From assembly GCA_963666125.1 (NCBI GenBank), contig OY762633.1:1474935-1538934 (forward strand): a stretch of DNA of 64,000 bases, written 5' to 3'. Each line of letters opens with the position of its first letter. The first letter of the stretch is position 1. Shown here one piece after another: positions 27,832 through 35,920 of the stretch. This DNA is from Dehalococcoidia bacterium. Its GTDB lineage: Bacteria; Chloroflexota; Dehalococcoidia; Lucifugimonadales; CAJWER01. A program made the position numbers and the translations under genes. The notes beneath the pieces were generated by a model. It was not told where the DNA came from. It saw only the letters and a program-made list of their open reading frames with translations, and did not search any database.

Positions 27832-29370
27832 CTAGTCTGAATTTATATCTGAACTATTTTGCCCGACCCTGGAGGCTTCTGCGAACACTAATTCAATCAA
27901 CCCCATTGCGGAGCTCGGTGAGGGCGAGAGAGTCGCCAAAGCTCCAAATACCCTCTGATACACAACGACCTCTGAGGGAGTCATTTTATCGAACCTATGC
28001 AGCTCTGTATCAACTGAAAAGTTGTTAAGTTCTCCCTCCACATTACTGAGCCTCTCAAGAGTGCCGTTATCGAGACTATCCTTACCGATGCTCTTGCGAA
28101 GTTCCTTGATTTCCCGCAATGCCTCTTTGACCAACCCGTCCGAGTCCTCTGCAGTGAGATAACCGGACGTTGCCAAAGCACAGATGTCCTCAACGTTGCA
28201 CAGTGATGAGAGAGCCTTCCTGGCACGGTTACGAGCCATGGACTCCCGTCTACACCGCGTACTTATATTGCGTAGCACGGGGGTCAGTTGGTTTTCGAGA
28301 TTCCGCAGATGGGGGCCAGGTTCAAAGTAGTCACGTCTGGCGTTGGGAATGATCCGTGAGTCCAGGACATGCAACTCTCCCACACACCATCGATTGAACC
28401 GTTCCTCTGTAAAGAGGTCGTCGAACACCGCCTCACCACCAATCTGTATGTTCCCAACCCTGGCCTTGATGCCACGCACTCGCTGTTCTTTTGGGATCGC
28501 GCCCAAGTAGGGCGAGTGTGCGATCCAACCAACGGCCGCTTCACCATTGTGGTCGACGCTTGGTATATGAACCATCTGGAAATCCGTAAAATCAGCCTCC
28601 TTATTTACCGAGAGCCAGATTGATTTCCCATATGGTCTCTCTATCGGATCTGGATCTCCTTCCAGCAGCACTTCCAACGTGAGAGGTGCCTCAGTGCCAT
28701 CGAATAGCCCTTCGACTTCCTTGGCAAATGGGAACCCGGAACTCAAGGGCACTGGACACACTTCGCCGATATAGTCGCGGACCGCGTCACGATTGAGCAG
28801 CAGTCCCGCGGAGTGACGCGCCACATCTCCGACTTCGACCTCGAAGAAGTGCTCAGGATAATCCGAAGCTGGCAGGGTTTCCACATTGACGCAGTCAAGA
28901 ATGGCCTCCTCGAGCTCCGACTCGGTGGAGGTCAGTTCGGGAAGCCGATCGCTATGCCATGTGATTCGGGTTACCGCCTGGTTCTCGCTGGCTCGTGTTG
29001 TGAATGAGACTGTCTTTGCGAAGGCAAGCCCGGCCAGCCGTCCAACGCCACGGAAGCCCCTATCGATTCCCAATGTCTTGTCACTGCGGCCAATGGGCAA
29101 CAGCCGCCCAAGCGCTTCCTCGCGAGACAGACCAGGGCCGTGGTCTCGAATCCTGATCCGGCGCTCAGTGACATCGATAGCGATATCCACTCTTGCTCTT
29201 CCGGGTAACCCGCTCCCCGCGACTGCGTCTGCCGCATTCTGTATGTACTCCCTGTACATGGACAGCGGAGCATCGTACATCCCTGTTGTCACAAGCCCGA
29301 GTAGTCCCGCACCCGAGAGCGCTGGGGTGTTCTGGGTGACAGGCGCCAACTCAGTCACGTCTGCGCTCAT
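27832..29370 (-). CDS. GHKL (Bergerat-fold, HATPase_c_3/MORC-like) ATPase (island gene 2)
   Basis: 512 aa. The N-box is YREYIQNAADA, G1 is IRDHGPGLS and G2 is DRGFRGVGRLAGLAF. Its start overlaps the radical SAM stop (ATGA at 29367-29370). Confidence 0.8.
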   Translation of the reverse strand: MSADVTELAPVTQNTPALSGAGLLGLVTTGMYDAPLSMYREYIQNAADAVAGSGLPGRARVDIAIDVTERRIRIRDHGPGLSREEALGRLLPIGRSDKTLGIDRGFRGVGRLAGLAFAKTVSFTTRASENQAVTRITWHSDRLPELTSTESELEEAILDCVNVETLPASDYPEHFFEVEVGDVARHSAGLLLNRDAVRDYIGEVCPVPLSSGFPFAKEVEGLFDGTEAPLTLEVLLEGDPDPIERPYGKSIWLSVNKEADFTDFQMVHIPSVDHNGEAAVGWIAHSPYLGAIPKEQRVRGIKARVGNIQIGGEAVFDDLFTEERFNRWCVGELHVLDSRIIPNARRDYFEPGPHLRNLENQLTPVLRNISTRCRRESMARNRARKALSSLCNVEDICALATSGYLTAEDSDGLVKEALREIKELRKSIGKDSLDNGTLERLSNVEGELNNFSVDTELHRFDKMTPSEVVVYQRVFGALATLSPSPSSAMGLIELVFAEASRVGQNSSDINSD

Positions 29371-31010
29371 ACGATCTGCGTCCCCTTGACTGCGAGTGCT
29401 TCATCGTGATCGAAGAGTCCAGCATCTTCAACGACTTCGTCCTCCTCAAGGTAGGTGCCACTCCCGGTCATTTTCTCCATGAGCTGGCGACCGTTCGTCT
29501 TCGCGTCCTGTCTGGTGTCCAGTCCATGGAATGCCATCAACTGTCGTATCTGGTGGTCGATCGTTTGGTCATTCGCCAACTCCCGGAAATGTTTCGGGCC
29601 CATTCCATTCCCGTTGGATGGATTGGCCAGTAGATGCACGAACTCATTCTCCTGAGACTCTGAAAGGCTCCTGCGAAGCGACTCGTACTCCTCCCTTTGG
29701 GCTCGCCCTTCCCCATCCTCAAAATACTCTCGATGGAATATGAAGGCGTGCGGCAGCCTGAGCAGCCGCTCAAACTCCTCGGCGTTTTCTCCATAGGCTC
29801 TCAGGAAGAAGGACGGGCTGCCGCTCACAACTCCCCTAGTTGCCTGGAGCATAATTTGGAACGAACGGAGGTAGTATCGGTTCCATTTCTTGCCCACGTG
29901 TGACCGATCCTTCAATGTCACGGGCTGGTAGCGCATTGGGAAGGACCAGATACGGACCCCAAGCTCTTCATTAAGGTCGATGTTGAGATGCATTCTCTGG
30001 TAGAGGTCTGACGGAGTGTCCATAAAGTTATACAGCATGTAATTCGACAGGGAGGTGATCTGGTTGTCCGCCGCCATGCGAATTGACTTCTCATAGACCT
30101 TCCTGACACCGATGTGATCGAAAGCGACTCGCAGCGGGCTGATGCAGATGGTGGACATTTCACGTAGGAACATATCCGACTTGGCGAGGATTCGTGCATC
30201 CACCCCCTGGTTGAAGTCCACCCGCCGCTTGACCGATCTGTTACCATCGCGAGTTAGCTTGGCTCCGGGCGTAAAGCCCAGATCGCGAATCTCGGCAATC
30301 ACCTCCCTGTAACGCGTTGACGCCGTGATGTTGTTGTCCATGAGCACGAGGTCCTTCTTCTCCCCATGCCTTTCAGTCACCCTTTCAACCAGATTGGTAA
30401 GGGGTGGCATCTCTCGCTGCGCACCCTCCAGCTTCGGCACCCCACAGAAAGAGCACTTCCTCACACATCCACGAGATGCGTAGCCGAAGTAGGCATCATG
30501 GACAGGGTAACGGTAGTCGATATGTTCGAGGATGCTATAGTCGGGAACCAGTTCCTCGATCGGCGTGCCGGCTAGGTCGTCAGCGCCAAACTCATATTCG
30601 TCTGCCGACAGGGCTAGAGACGCTGCGGGAGGGCCATCGAGCAGACCCTTGATGAAACGTACCCCGGCCCATCTGGGTACGTTTAGGAAAGCGTCGTGCA
30701 TGAGCGAGACTGCGATGCCGCCGACAAAGACGCGCTCCCGTTGATCGTGTGCCGCACGTATGGCGAAATCGATAGCCGAGGCTGTGCGCTTCCACTCGAA
30801 AGTGAAGAGTGTGGTGACATACACTCGGTCCCATGCTTGCTCCAACGCTTCCTTGTCTTCGCCCTTCATGAAGGTGACGCGGTCTCCTCGACCAAATGAG
30901 CCGTGATAAGCGGCGAGCTTCATCAGACCCAACGGCGGATACTTGTTGGGGTAGCTAGGCTCGATAAGTAGGATATTCCTCATAGCACCAGGGACACAAC
31001 AAGCCACCAT
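29367..31010 (-). CDS. Radical SAM enzyme with N-terminal B12-binding-type domain (island gene 1)
   Basis: 547 aa; an alternative start is the Met of MRNILLIEPS at 30983. The Rossmann-like N-terminus reads ILLIEPSYPNKYPPLGLMKLAAY. The cluster motif is GYASRGCVRKCSFCGVP (CxxxCxxC). A ~150-aa acidic C-terminal extension has no motif I recognise. Confidence 0.8.
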   Translation of the reverse strand: MVACCVPGAMRNILLIEPSYPNKYPPLGLMKLAAYHGSFGRGDRVTFMKGEDKEALEQAWDRVYVTTLFTFEWKRTASAIDFAIRAAHDQRERVFVGGIAVSLMHDAFLNVPRWAGVRFIKGLLDGPPAASLALSADEYEFGADDLAGTPIEELVPDYSILEHIDYRYPVHDAYFGYASRGCVRKCSFCGVPKLEGAQREMPPLTNLVERVTERHGEKKDLVLMDNNITASTRYREVIAEIRDLGFTPGAKLTRDGNRSVKRRVDFNQGVDARILAKSDMFLREMSTICISPLRVAFDHIGVRKVYEKSIRMAADNQITSLSNYMLYNFMDTPSDLYQRMHLNIDLNEELGVRIWSFPMRYQPVTLKDRSHVGKKWNRYYLRSFQIMLQATRGVVSGSPSFFLRAYGENAEEFERLLRLPHAFIFHREYFEDGEGRAQREEYESLRRSLSESQENEFVHLLANPSNGNGMGPKHFRELANDQTIDHQIRQLMAFHGLDTRQDAKTNGRQLMEKMTGSGTYLEEDEVVEDAGLFDHDEALAVKGTQIV

Positions 31011-31028
31011 GCATCAGATTTGGAGGCT

Positions 31029-31058
31029 ATTGTACGCCAACGGACGGACGGCTGCCAA
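31029..31058 (-). promoter_or_regulatory. Candidate sigma70-type promoter of the island operon
   Basis: The minus strand reads TTGGCA (31058-31053), an 18-nt spacer, then TACAAT (31034-31029). It lies 19 nt upstream of the ORF start at 31010. Confidence 0.4.
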
Positions 31059-31077
31059 GACCCACCGCCTAACATAT

Positions 31078-31100
31078 GCCAAGGGTTGACGGTCCTTGGC
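31078..31100 (-). terminator. Stem-loop downstream of shc (possible terminator insulating the island operon)
   Basis: gccaagg-gttgacggt-ccttggc gives 7-bp arms. On the minus strand it is followed by ATATGTT. A second palindrome, GGAGGCCTCC, lies at 31107-31116. Confidence 0.35.
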
Positions 31101-31118
31101 AGTCTAGGAGGCCTCCCG

Positions 31119-33137
31119 TCAGTTGGCGGTGCTCTTCGCCGTCCCCTCTTCCGCGTACCGGCGGAAGCGCCCCAGGGCCATCAGCGGCCAGTAGTTCCTG
31201 TAGAGGTCGTACCTGATCATGAACCCGGCGGGTAGCTCGCTCCCCTGCTGCCGTACCTTGTCGACCCGCTGCCCCACGCCGTAGCCCGGGAATCCCGTGC
31301 CCGTGAACCAACGCTCGCTCCACGTCCCGTCCTGCCGCTGGGTGCCCGCCAGGTAGCGAATGCCGCGCTCGACGGTCGGGTGCTCCCACTCCCCGGCGGC
31401 CATAAGCGCGAGCAGCGCCCACGCGGTCTGCGACGCGGTGCTGCCGGCCCCCCGGCCCGCCAGCATCCGGTCGGCATAGCTGGCGCAGCTCTCCCCCCAG
31501 CCGCCGTCCTCGTTCTGGTGGGCCGCCAGCCAGTCCACGGCCCGGCGCACCGGCTCCCCCGTCATGTCCTGTCCCATCGCTTCCAGCGCAGGGAGCACGG
31601 CGCCGGTGCCGTATATGTAGTTGACGCCCCAGCGGCCGAACCAGGGGCCGTCCGGCTCCTGCTCGCCCAGCAGGTACTCCACCGCCCGGTGCAGTGGGTA
31701 CGCGTCCGTCGGGTAGCCGATGCGCGCGAGGGACTCCACCACGTGGGCAGTCACGTCCGCGCTGGGGGGATCGATCATCTCGCCGAAGTCGGCGAAGGGC
31801 ATCTCGGCCACAGCCCGCCGGGTGTTGTCCTTGTCGAAGGCCGCCCAGCCGCCGTTCTTGCTCTGGACACCGAGCATCCACTCGGCCCCGCGCCCGATCG
31901 CCTCCTCCTGCCTGCCGGCGTCCTCCAGCCGCACCCGCCTCAGGGCTATCAGCACCTCCGCCGTGTCGTCGATGTCCGGGTACGTCCTGTTGGCGAACTC
32001 GAAGGCCCAGCCCCCGGGCGGCGTGTTCTTCGCCTTGACCTGCCAGTCCCCTCCGTCGGAGACCTGCGCCCTCATGAGCCATTCGCCCGCCCGTCGCAGG
32101 ACCGGGCTGTCGGGGGCGAGGCCGGAGTCCTCCAGGGCGATCATCGCCAGGCACGTGTCCCAGACGGGAGACACGCAGGCCTGGACGCGCATGGAGTCGT
32201 TCTCCTCGATGACGAAGCCCTTGAACCCCTCGACGCCCTTCCGCATGGCGGGGTGATCGACCCCATATCCCAGGACCTTCAGGGCGATGAGCGAGTAGAC
32301 CCAGGGGGGCTGTATGCCGCCCCATGAGCCGTCGTCCTCCTGGTGGTCGACTATCCACTTGACGGCCTTGCGGATGGCGGTCTCCCGCAGCGGGTGCCAC
32401 GGGAGGGAGTTGTACCACCGGAACAGCCGGTCGGCCAGCCGGAAGAATCCCGCCATGCCCGTCAGGCCCCCGATTCCCACCCTGTCGGCGTGTCCGCTCG
32501 CTCCGTTCGGTACGAGCTCGGGAATGGCGGCGCCGATCGGGACCGGGCATACCGGCCTCCGCGAGAGCACGATGCTCAGGGGCAGCATGGTGCCCCTGGC
32601 CCAGCTCGAAAAGTCGTACAGGTTCATGGGCACCCACGGCGGGAGCAGCACCATCTCCGGCGGGAGCGCGGGCACGGCCTTCCAGCTCCACTGCCCGAAG
32701 AGGGCGAGCCATATCTTGGTGAAGACCCGTGTCCGCGGGATGCCGCCCCTGGACAGGATGAACTCGCGCGCCCTCGCCATACGGGGATCGTCGGGGGAAG
32801 CTCCCGCCAGCTTCAGGGCAAAGTAGCACTCGACGGTCGTGCTGAGGTCGCCGGGGGAGCCGTAATACTGCCCCCACGTGCCGTCCTCCCGCTGGGTCTT
32901 GAACAGGTGGTTCGACAGCTTCCTCCACGTATCGCCGTCTCCGATGCCCAGGAAGTGGGTCAGCAGGAGGTACTCGGCCTCCATCGTGGAGTTGGACTCC
33001 AGCTCGCCCCACCAGTAGCCCTCGGGGGCCTGGGTGCGTATGAAGTAGTCCAGGGAGCGGGCCACCGCCTCCGCAACCGCGTCCCTCAACCCCTGGTGAG
33101 CGGACGGCGCCCGGGCCTCTCGAACCTGCTGCTTCAC
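31119..33137 (-). CDS. shc: Squalene-hopene cyclase
   Basis: The track ORF 31119-33281 is trimmed to the GTG at 33137, which overlaps the hpnG stop (GTGA). The catalytic DxDD motif is in YPDIDDTAEVLIAL. There are multiple QW-type repeats (e.g. QNEDGGWGE, QREDGTWGQYYG). Confidence 0.93.
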   Translation of the reverse strand: MKQQVREARAPSAHQGLRDAVAEAVARSLDYFIRTQAPEGYWWGELESNSTMEAEYLLLTHFLGIGDGDTWRKLSNHLFKTQREDGTWGQYYGSPGDLSTTVECYFALKLAGASPDDPRMARAREFILSRGGIPRTRVFTKIWLALFGQWSWKAVPALPPEMVLLPPWVPMNLYDFSSWARGTMLPLSIVLSRRPVCPVPIGAAIPELVPNGASGHADRVGIGGLTGMAGFFRLADRLFRWYNSLPWHPLRETAIRKAVKWIVDHQEDDGSWGGIQPPWVYSLIALKVLGYGVDHPAMRKGVEGFKGFVIEENDSMRVQACVSPVWDTCLAMIALEDSGLAPDSPVLRRAGEWLMRAQVSDGGDWQVKAKNTPPGGWAFEFANRTYPDIDDTAEVLIALRRVRLEDAGRQEEAIGRGAEWMLGVQSKNGGWAAFDKDNTRRAVAEMPFADFGEMIDPPSADVTAHVVESLARIGYPTDAYPLHRAVEYLLGEQEPDGPWFGRWGVNYIYGTGAVLPALEAMGQDMTGEPVRRAVDWLAAHQNEDGGWGESCASYADRMLAGRGAGSTASQTAWALLALMAAGEWEHPTVERGIRYLAGTQRQDGTWSERWFTGTGFPGYGVGQRVDKVRQQGSELPAGFMIRYDLYRNYWPLMALGRFRRYAEEGTAKSTAN

Positions 33138-33961
33138 CAAGTGGCCACCCTCGTACGGGAGCTCGCGAAGCCCACGACGAAGGCGGTCAGTGAGTCCCGC
33201 GCCGCCGAGGCAGCGCCGCCGAGCCGGACCGCCGCCGGAATCGACCAGGGCCGGAGGATGACCGGCAGCACGTGCCGCCACCGGCTCCCAAGCCCTGAGT
33301 CCAGGGCGAACGAGGCGACGAAGCCCGGCAGCGGACGCTCCACGGGGTCCACGATGGAGCGCACGGCGAGGAACGGCACGTCTCTCTCACGGCAGGCCGC
33401 GCCTATCCAGAAGCTCTCCTCTTCCACTGCCAGGGCACCGGTCCTGAGCCCCAGGCGCCTCTTCTCGTCGGGATCCGATACGATATGGGAGGCCGTCACG
33501 CAGGCCCCTGCCTCGTGGCGCAGTCCCAGCCCCGCAAGCACCCGCAGCGCCTCGTCAGCCAGCCTCCCGTCCGTCCGTAGGGGCGGACCCACGTGTCCGC
33601 CCTCCCCCGCGTGGCCGCCGTCCGCGGGCGTCAGGGTACGGGCGACGACCAGGTCTCCCACGCGCTGGCCGTCAACCAGCCCGCCGGCGAAGCCGAGGGA
33701 CAGCACGGCGTCGGGGCGGCGCTCCTCCAGGACCTCGCGGACCGCCGCCTCGGCCCGGGCCCGGCCCACGCCGCTCACGGCAAGCACTGCCTCCACGCCG
33801 CCGACCCGGCCATCGTATGCCGCCTGGGACGCGGACGGCGCGACCCTCCGCCAGTGACCCGCCTCGAGGACTCCCCGGGCCTCATCCTGCAGCGCAACGA
33901 CCAGGGCCAAGTACCCTCCCACCCGTCTAGCTGGCTCCGACCCTGGCGCGATTGCCGGCAA
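33134..33961 (-). CDS. hpnG: Hopanoid-associated phosphorylase/nucleosidase (HpnG-like, PNP_UDP_1 fold)
   Basis: 275 aa as the maximal ORF. A GTG at 33922 (VGGYLALVV) would remove the 35-nt overlap with hpnH. Nucleosidase-type segments are present: LAVSGVGRARAE, LSLGFAGGL, AVEEESFWIGAA..VPFLAVRSIVD. Confidence 0.8.
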   Translation of the reverse strand: MPAIAPGSEPARRVGGYLALVVALQDEARGVLEAGHWRRVAPSASQAAYDGRVGGVEAVLAVSGVGRARAEAAVREVLEERRPDAVLSLGFAGGLVDGQRVGDLVVARTLTPADGGHAGEGGHVGPPLRTDGRLADEALRVLAGLGLRHEAGACVTASHIVSDPDEKRRLGLRTGALAVEEESFWIGAACRERDVPFLAVRSIVDPVERPLPGFVASFALDSGLGSRWRHVLPVILRPWSIPAAVRLGGAASAARDSLTAFVVGFASSRTRVATW

Positions 33962-35123
33962 GCCCCCTCACCAGGGACGCCGCGCCCCTGGGGCTGCCGA
34001 ATGCCTCGTACACCGTCGCAGACTCGAACCCGCAGTGCATCATGCAGTTGGCGCACTTGCCGTTCACACCCACGCCGTATCTCTCCCAGAGGGCGGGGCT
34101 GAACAGGTCGTCCACGTTCTCCGTATGCCTGTCCGCCAGCGGATAGCACGGCTCCCGCCAGCCCTGGACCGTGTAGGTGGGGTTGGACCAGGCGGTGCAC
34201 TGGTAGTCGCGCTCTCCCCGCAGGAAGCGGAGGTAGAGCGGGTTGTTGTAGAAGCGGATGCGCTCCATCGCCTCGTCGGTGAGCACGCGCTTGAAGACCT
34301 CGATCGACTCCTTCCGCGACAGGAACATCTCCTGCACCGGCCCATCGACGAAGTCGTACCCGGCCGAGACCATCACGCCCTCGAAGCCCATGTCCGTCAC
34401 GAGGGTGAATAGCTGGTGCAGGTCCTCGGCGTCGGACCCCCTGAAGAGGGTCGTGTTGGAGCAGACCCTGTAGCCGGACTCGAGCGCCAGCTTGGAGGCG
34501 GCCATCGCCTTCTTCCAGACGCCCTTGCGGTTGACGGCGACGTCGTGCCGGGCCTCCATCCCGTCCAGGTGGACGACCCAGGCCAAGTACTTGGAGGGCG
34601 GGACCCGTTTCATGGTGCGCTCCAGCAGGAGTCCGTTGGTGCAGCAGTAGACGAATATCTTCCGCCGGACAAGCTCTTCGATCAGCTCCGGCAGCTGCTT
34701 GTACATGGTCGGCTCGCCGCCGGCTATGGACACTATGGGTGCGCCGGAGTCCTCCACGGCCTTCAGGCACTGGTCGAGGGTGAGGGTCTTGGTGATGACG
34801 GGCAGGTACTCGCGTATGCGCCCGCAGCCGTAGCAGTCGAGGTTGCAGGCCTCCAGGGGTTCGAGCATGGTCACCAGCGGGAAGCGCTCGCGGCGGCGGA
34901 TGAACTTTTGCCCCACGACGTGGAAGAAGGTCCTGAAGGCCAGCTCGACGGGCCGCCTTGCGCCCGCTCCGCCCTCGGGCCGGTAGACGGGCAGCGCCTG
35001 CTCCGCAGTCTCCATCGCCTCGCGCACCTCGCGCTTCGGGGCCGCTTCCGTGATCACCATGGCCGCGCCTCGCTTCCTGATAGTTGGCACAGTATAGTAA
35101 TCCAGTCGCACCGCTTCGTCCAC
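33927..35123 (-). CDS. hpnH: Adenosylhopane synthase, radical SAM (HpnH)
   Basis: 398 aa; the start may be the Met at 35060. The cluster motif is LEACNLDCYGCGRI. The C-terminal Cys-rich DUF3463-type tail reads CTAWSNPTYTVQGWREPCY..GKCANCMMHCGFE. Confidence 0.88.
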   Translation of the reverse strand: MDEAVRLDYYTVPTIRKRGAAMVITEAAPKREVREAMETAEQALPVYRPEGGAGARRPVELAFRTFFHVVGQKFIRRRERFPLVTMLEPLEACNLDCYGCGRIREYLPVITKTLTLDQCLKAVEDSGAPIVSIAGGEPTMYKQLPELIEELVRRKIFVYCCTNGLLLERTMKRVPPSKYLAWVVHLDGMEARHDVAVNRKGVWKKAMAASKLALESGYRVCSNTTLFRGSDAEDLHQLFTLVTDMGFEGVMVSAGYDFVDGPVQEMFLSRKESIEVFKRVLTDEAMERIRFYNNPLYLRFLRGERDYQCTAWSNPTYTVQGWREPCYPLADRHTENVDDLFSPALWERYGVGVNGKCANCMMHCGFESATVYEAFGSPRGAASLVRGLAGNRARVGAS

Positions 35124-35132
35124 CTTGCGGGC

Positions 35133-35161
35133 TTGCGAACCGTGAGGGTTTGGGGTAAGAT
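35133..35161 (+). promoter_or_regulatory. Candidate promoter of the phd/vapC pair
   Basis: TTGCGA (35133-35138), a 17-nt spacer, then TAAGAT (35156-35161). Confidence 0.4.
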
Positions 35162-35196
35162 GTAGTCATTACGGTGACCACAACGAGGTGCGCGCC

Positions 35197-35460
35197 ATGA
35201 CCGAAGTGGGCATACGCGAGTTGAAAACCCAGGCCAGCGACATAATACGCCGGGTCCGGGAGAACAACGAGTCGTACGTCGTGACGTACCGGGGCCGGCC
35301 CGTCGCCAGGCTGGAGCCCGTCCAGGACGCGGAGGCCCGGCTCGCCCGCGACCTCGCCGTTCTCGAAGACATGGACCGCGTCGCCGAAGAAGTCGCCAGG
35401 TATTGGCCCGAAGGACTCTCGGCGGCGGACGCCGTTTCGGAAGACCGGCGAGAGTTGTAG
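35197..35460 (+). CDS. Type II antitoxin, Phd/YefM family
   Basis: The sequence MTEVGIRELKTQASDIIRRVRENNESYVVTYRGRPVARLEPV is a typical Phd/YefM N-terminus. The ATG is 8 nt after GAGG. The track ORF starts at GTG 35188. Confidence 0.85.
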   Translation: MTEVGIRELKTQASDIIRRVRENNESYVVTYRGRPVARLEPVQDAEARLARDLAVLEDMDRVAEEVARYWPEGLSAADAVSEDRREL

Positions 35461-35871
35461 TTGTACGTCGTCGATGCGAGCGTCTGGGTGAGCAGGTTCC
35501 TGCCAGGGGACGCCTTCCACGCCGAGAGCCGCCGCTGGGTGGAGGAGCGCGTCAGGCGGGGGGAAGCCCTCGTGATCCCAGCCCTCGCGCTTGCCGAGGT
35601 GGCCGGCGCGGTCGCGCGCAGAACGGGGCGCGCGTCCAACGGCAGGAGGGCCGCCCAGTACGTGGAGGAGCTCTCCGTCTCGCACCCCGTCGCGCTGGAC
35701 GAGAACCTCGCCCGGCTCAGCGCGCTGGTCGCGGCGACCTTCTCCCTGAGGGGCGCGGACGCGGTGTACGTAGCGGTCGCGAGAGGCCTGGACTCCCCCC
35801 TCGTCACCTGGGACAAGGAGCAGCTAGAGCGTGGAGCGCCCCTCGTCGAGACCCTCTCGCCGGGCGCTTGA
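35461..35871 (+). CDS. vapC: Type II toxin VapC (PIN domain)
   Basis: 136 aa. The TTG start follows the antitoxin TAG directly. The PIN N-terminus reads (M)YVVDASVWVSRFL, with conserved acidic residues further on (GADAVYVAVA..LVTWD). Confidence 0.85.
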   Translation: MYVVDASVWVSRFLPGDAFHAESRRWVEERVRRGEALVIPALALAEVAGAVARRTGRASNGRRAAQYVEELSVSHPVALDENLARLSALVAATFSLRGADAVYVAVARGLDSPLVTWDKEQLERGAPLVETLSPGA

Positions 35872-35920
35872 CAGCATGGAAACTTACGTGCTACTGTAAA
35901 TGAGGCGAGGGCGAGACGCG

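Noticed and set aside
23849-31010. Assigning the island to BREX, DISARM, Dnd/Ssp phosphorothioation, Dpd 7-deazaguanine, Wadjet or a classical type I-IV R-M system.
   Set aside because: The hallmark genes are absent from the operon and its flanks: PglX/PglZ/BrxC, DrmA/DrmB, DndACDE or SspBCD, DpdA transglycosylase and preQ0 genes, JetABCD, and any methyltransferase or HsdS. Only generic components (SNF2, ParB-like) are shared. This judgement rests on motif reading, not on database searches.
31069-35685. Alternative long ORFs 31069-33012(-) of 647 aa and 33775-35685(-) of 636 aa over the hopanoid genes.
   Set aside because: They are off-frame relative to shc and hpnH, whose frames contain the DxDD, QW and CxxxCxxC motifs. 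The alternative frames contain none.
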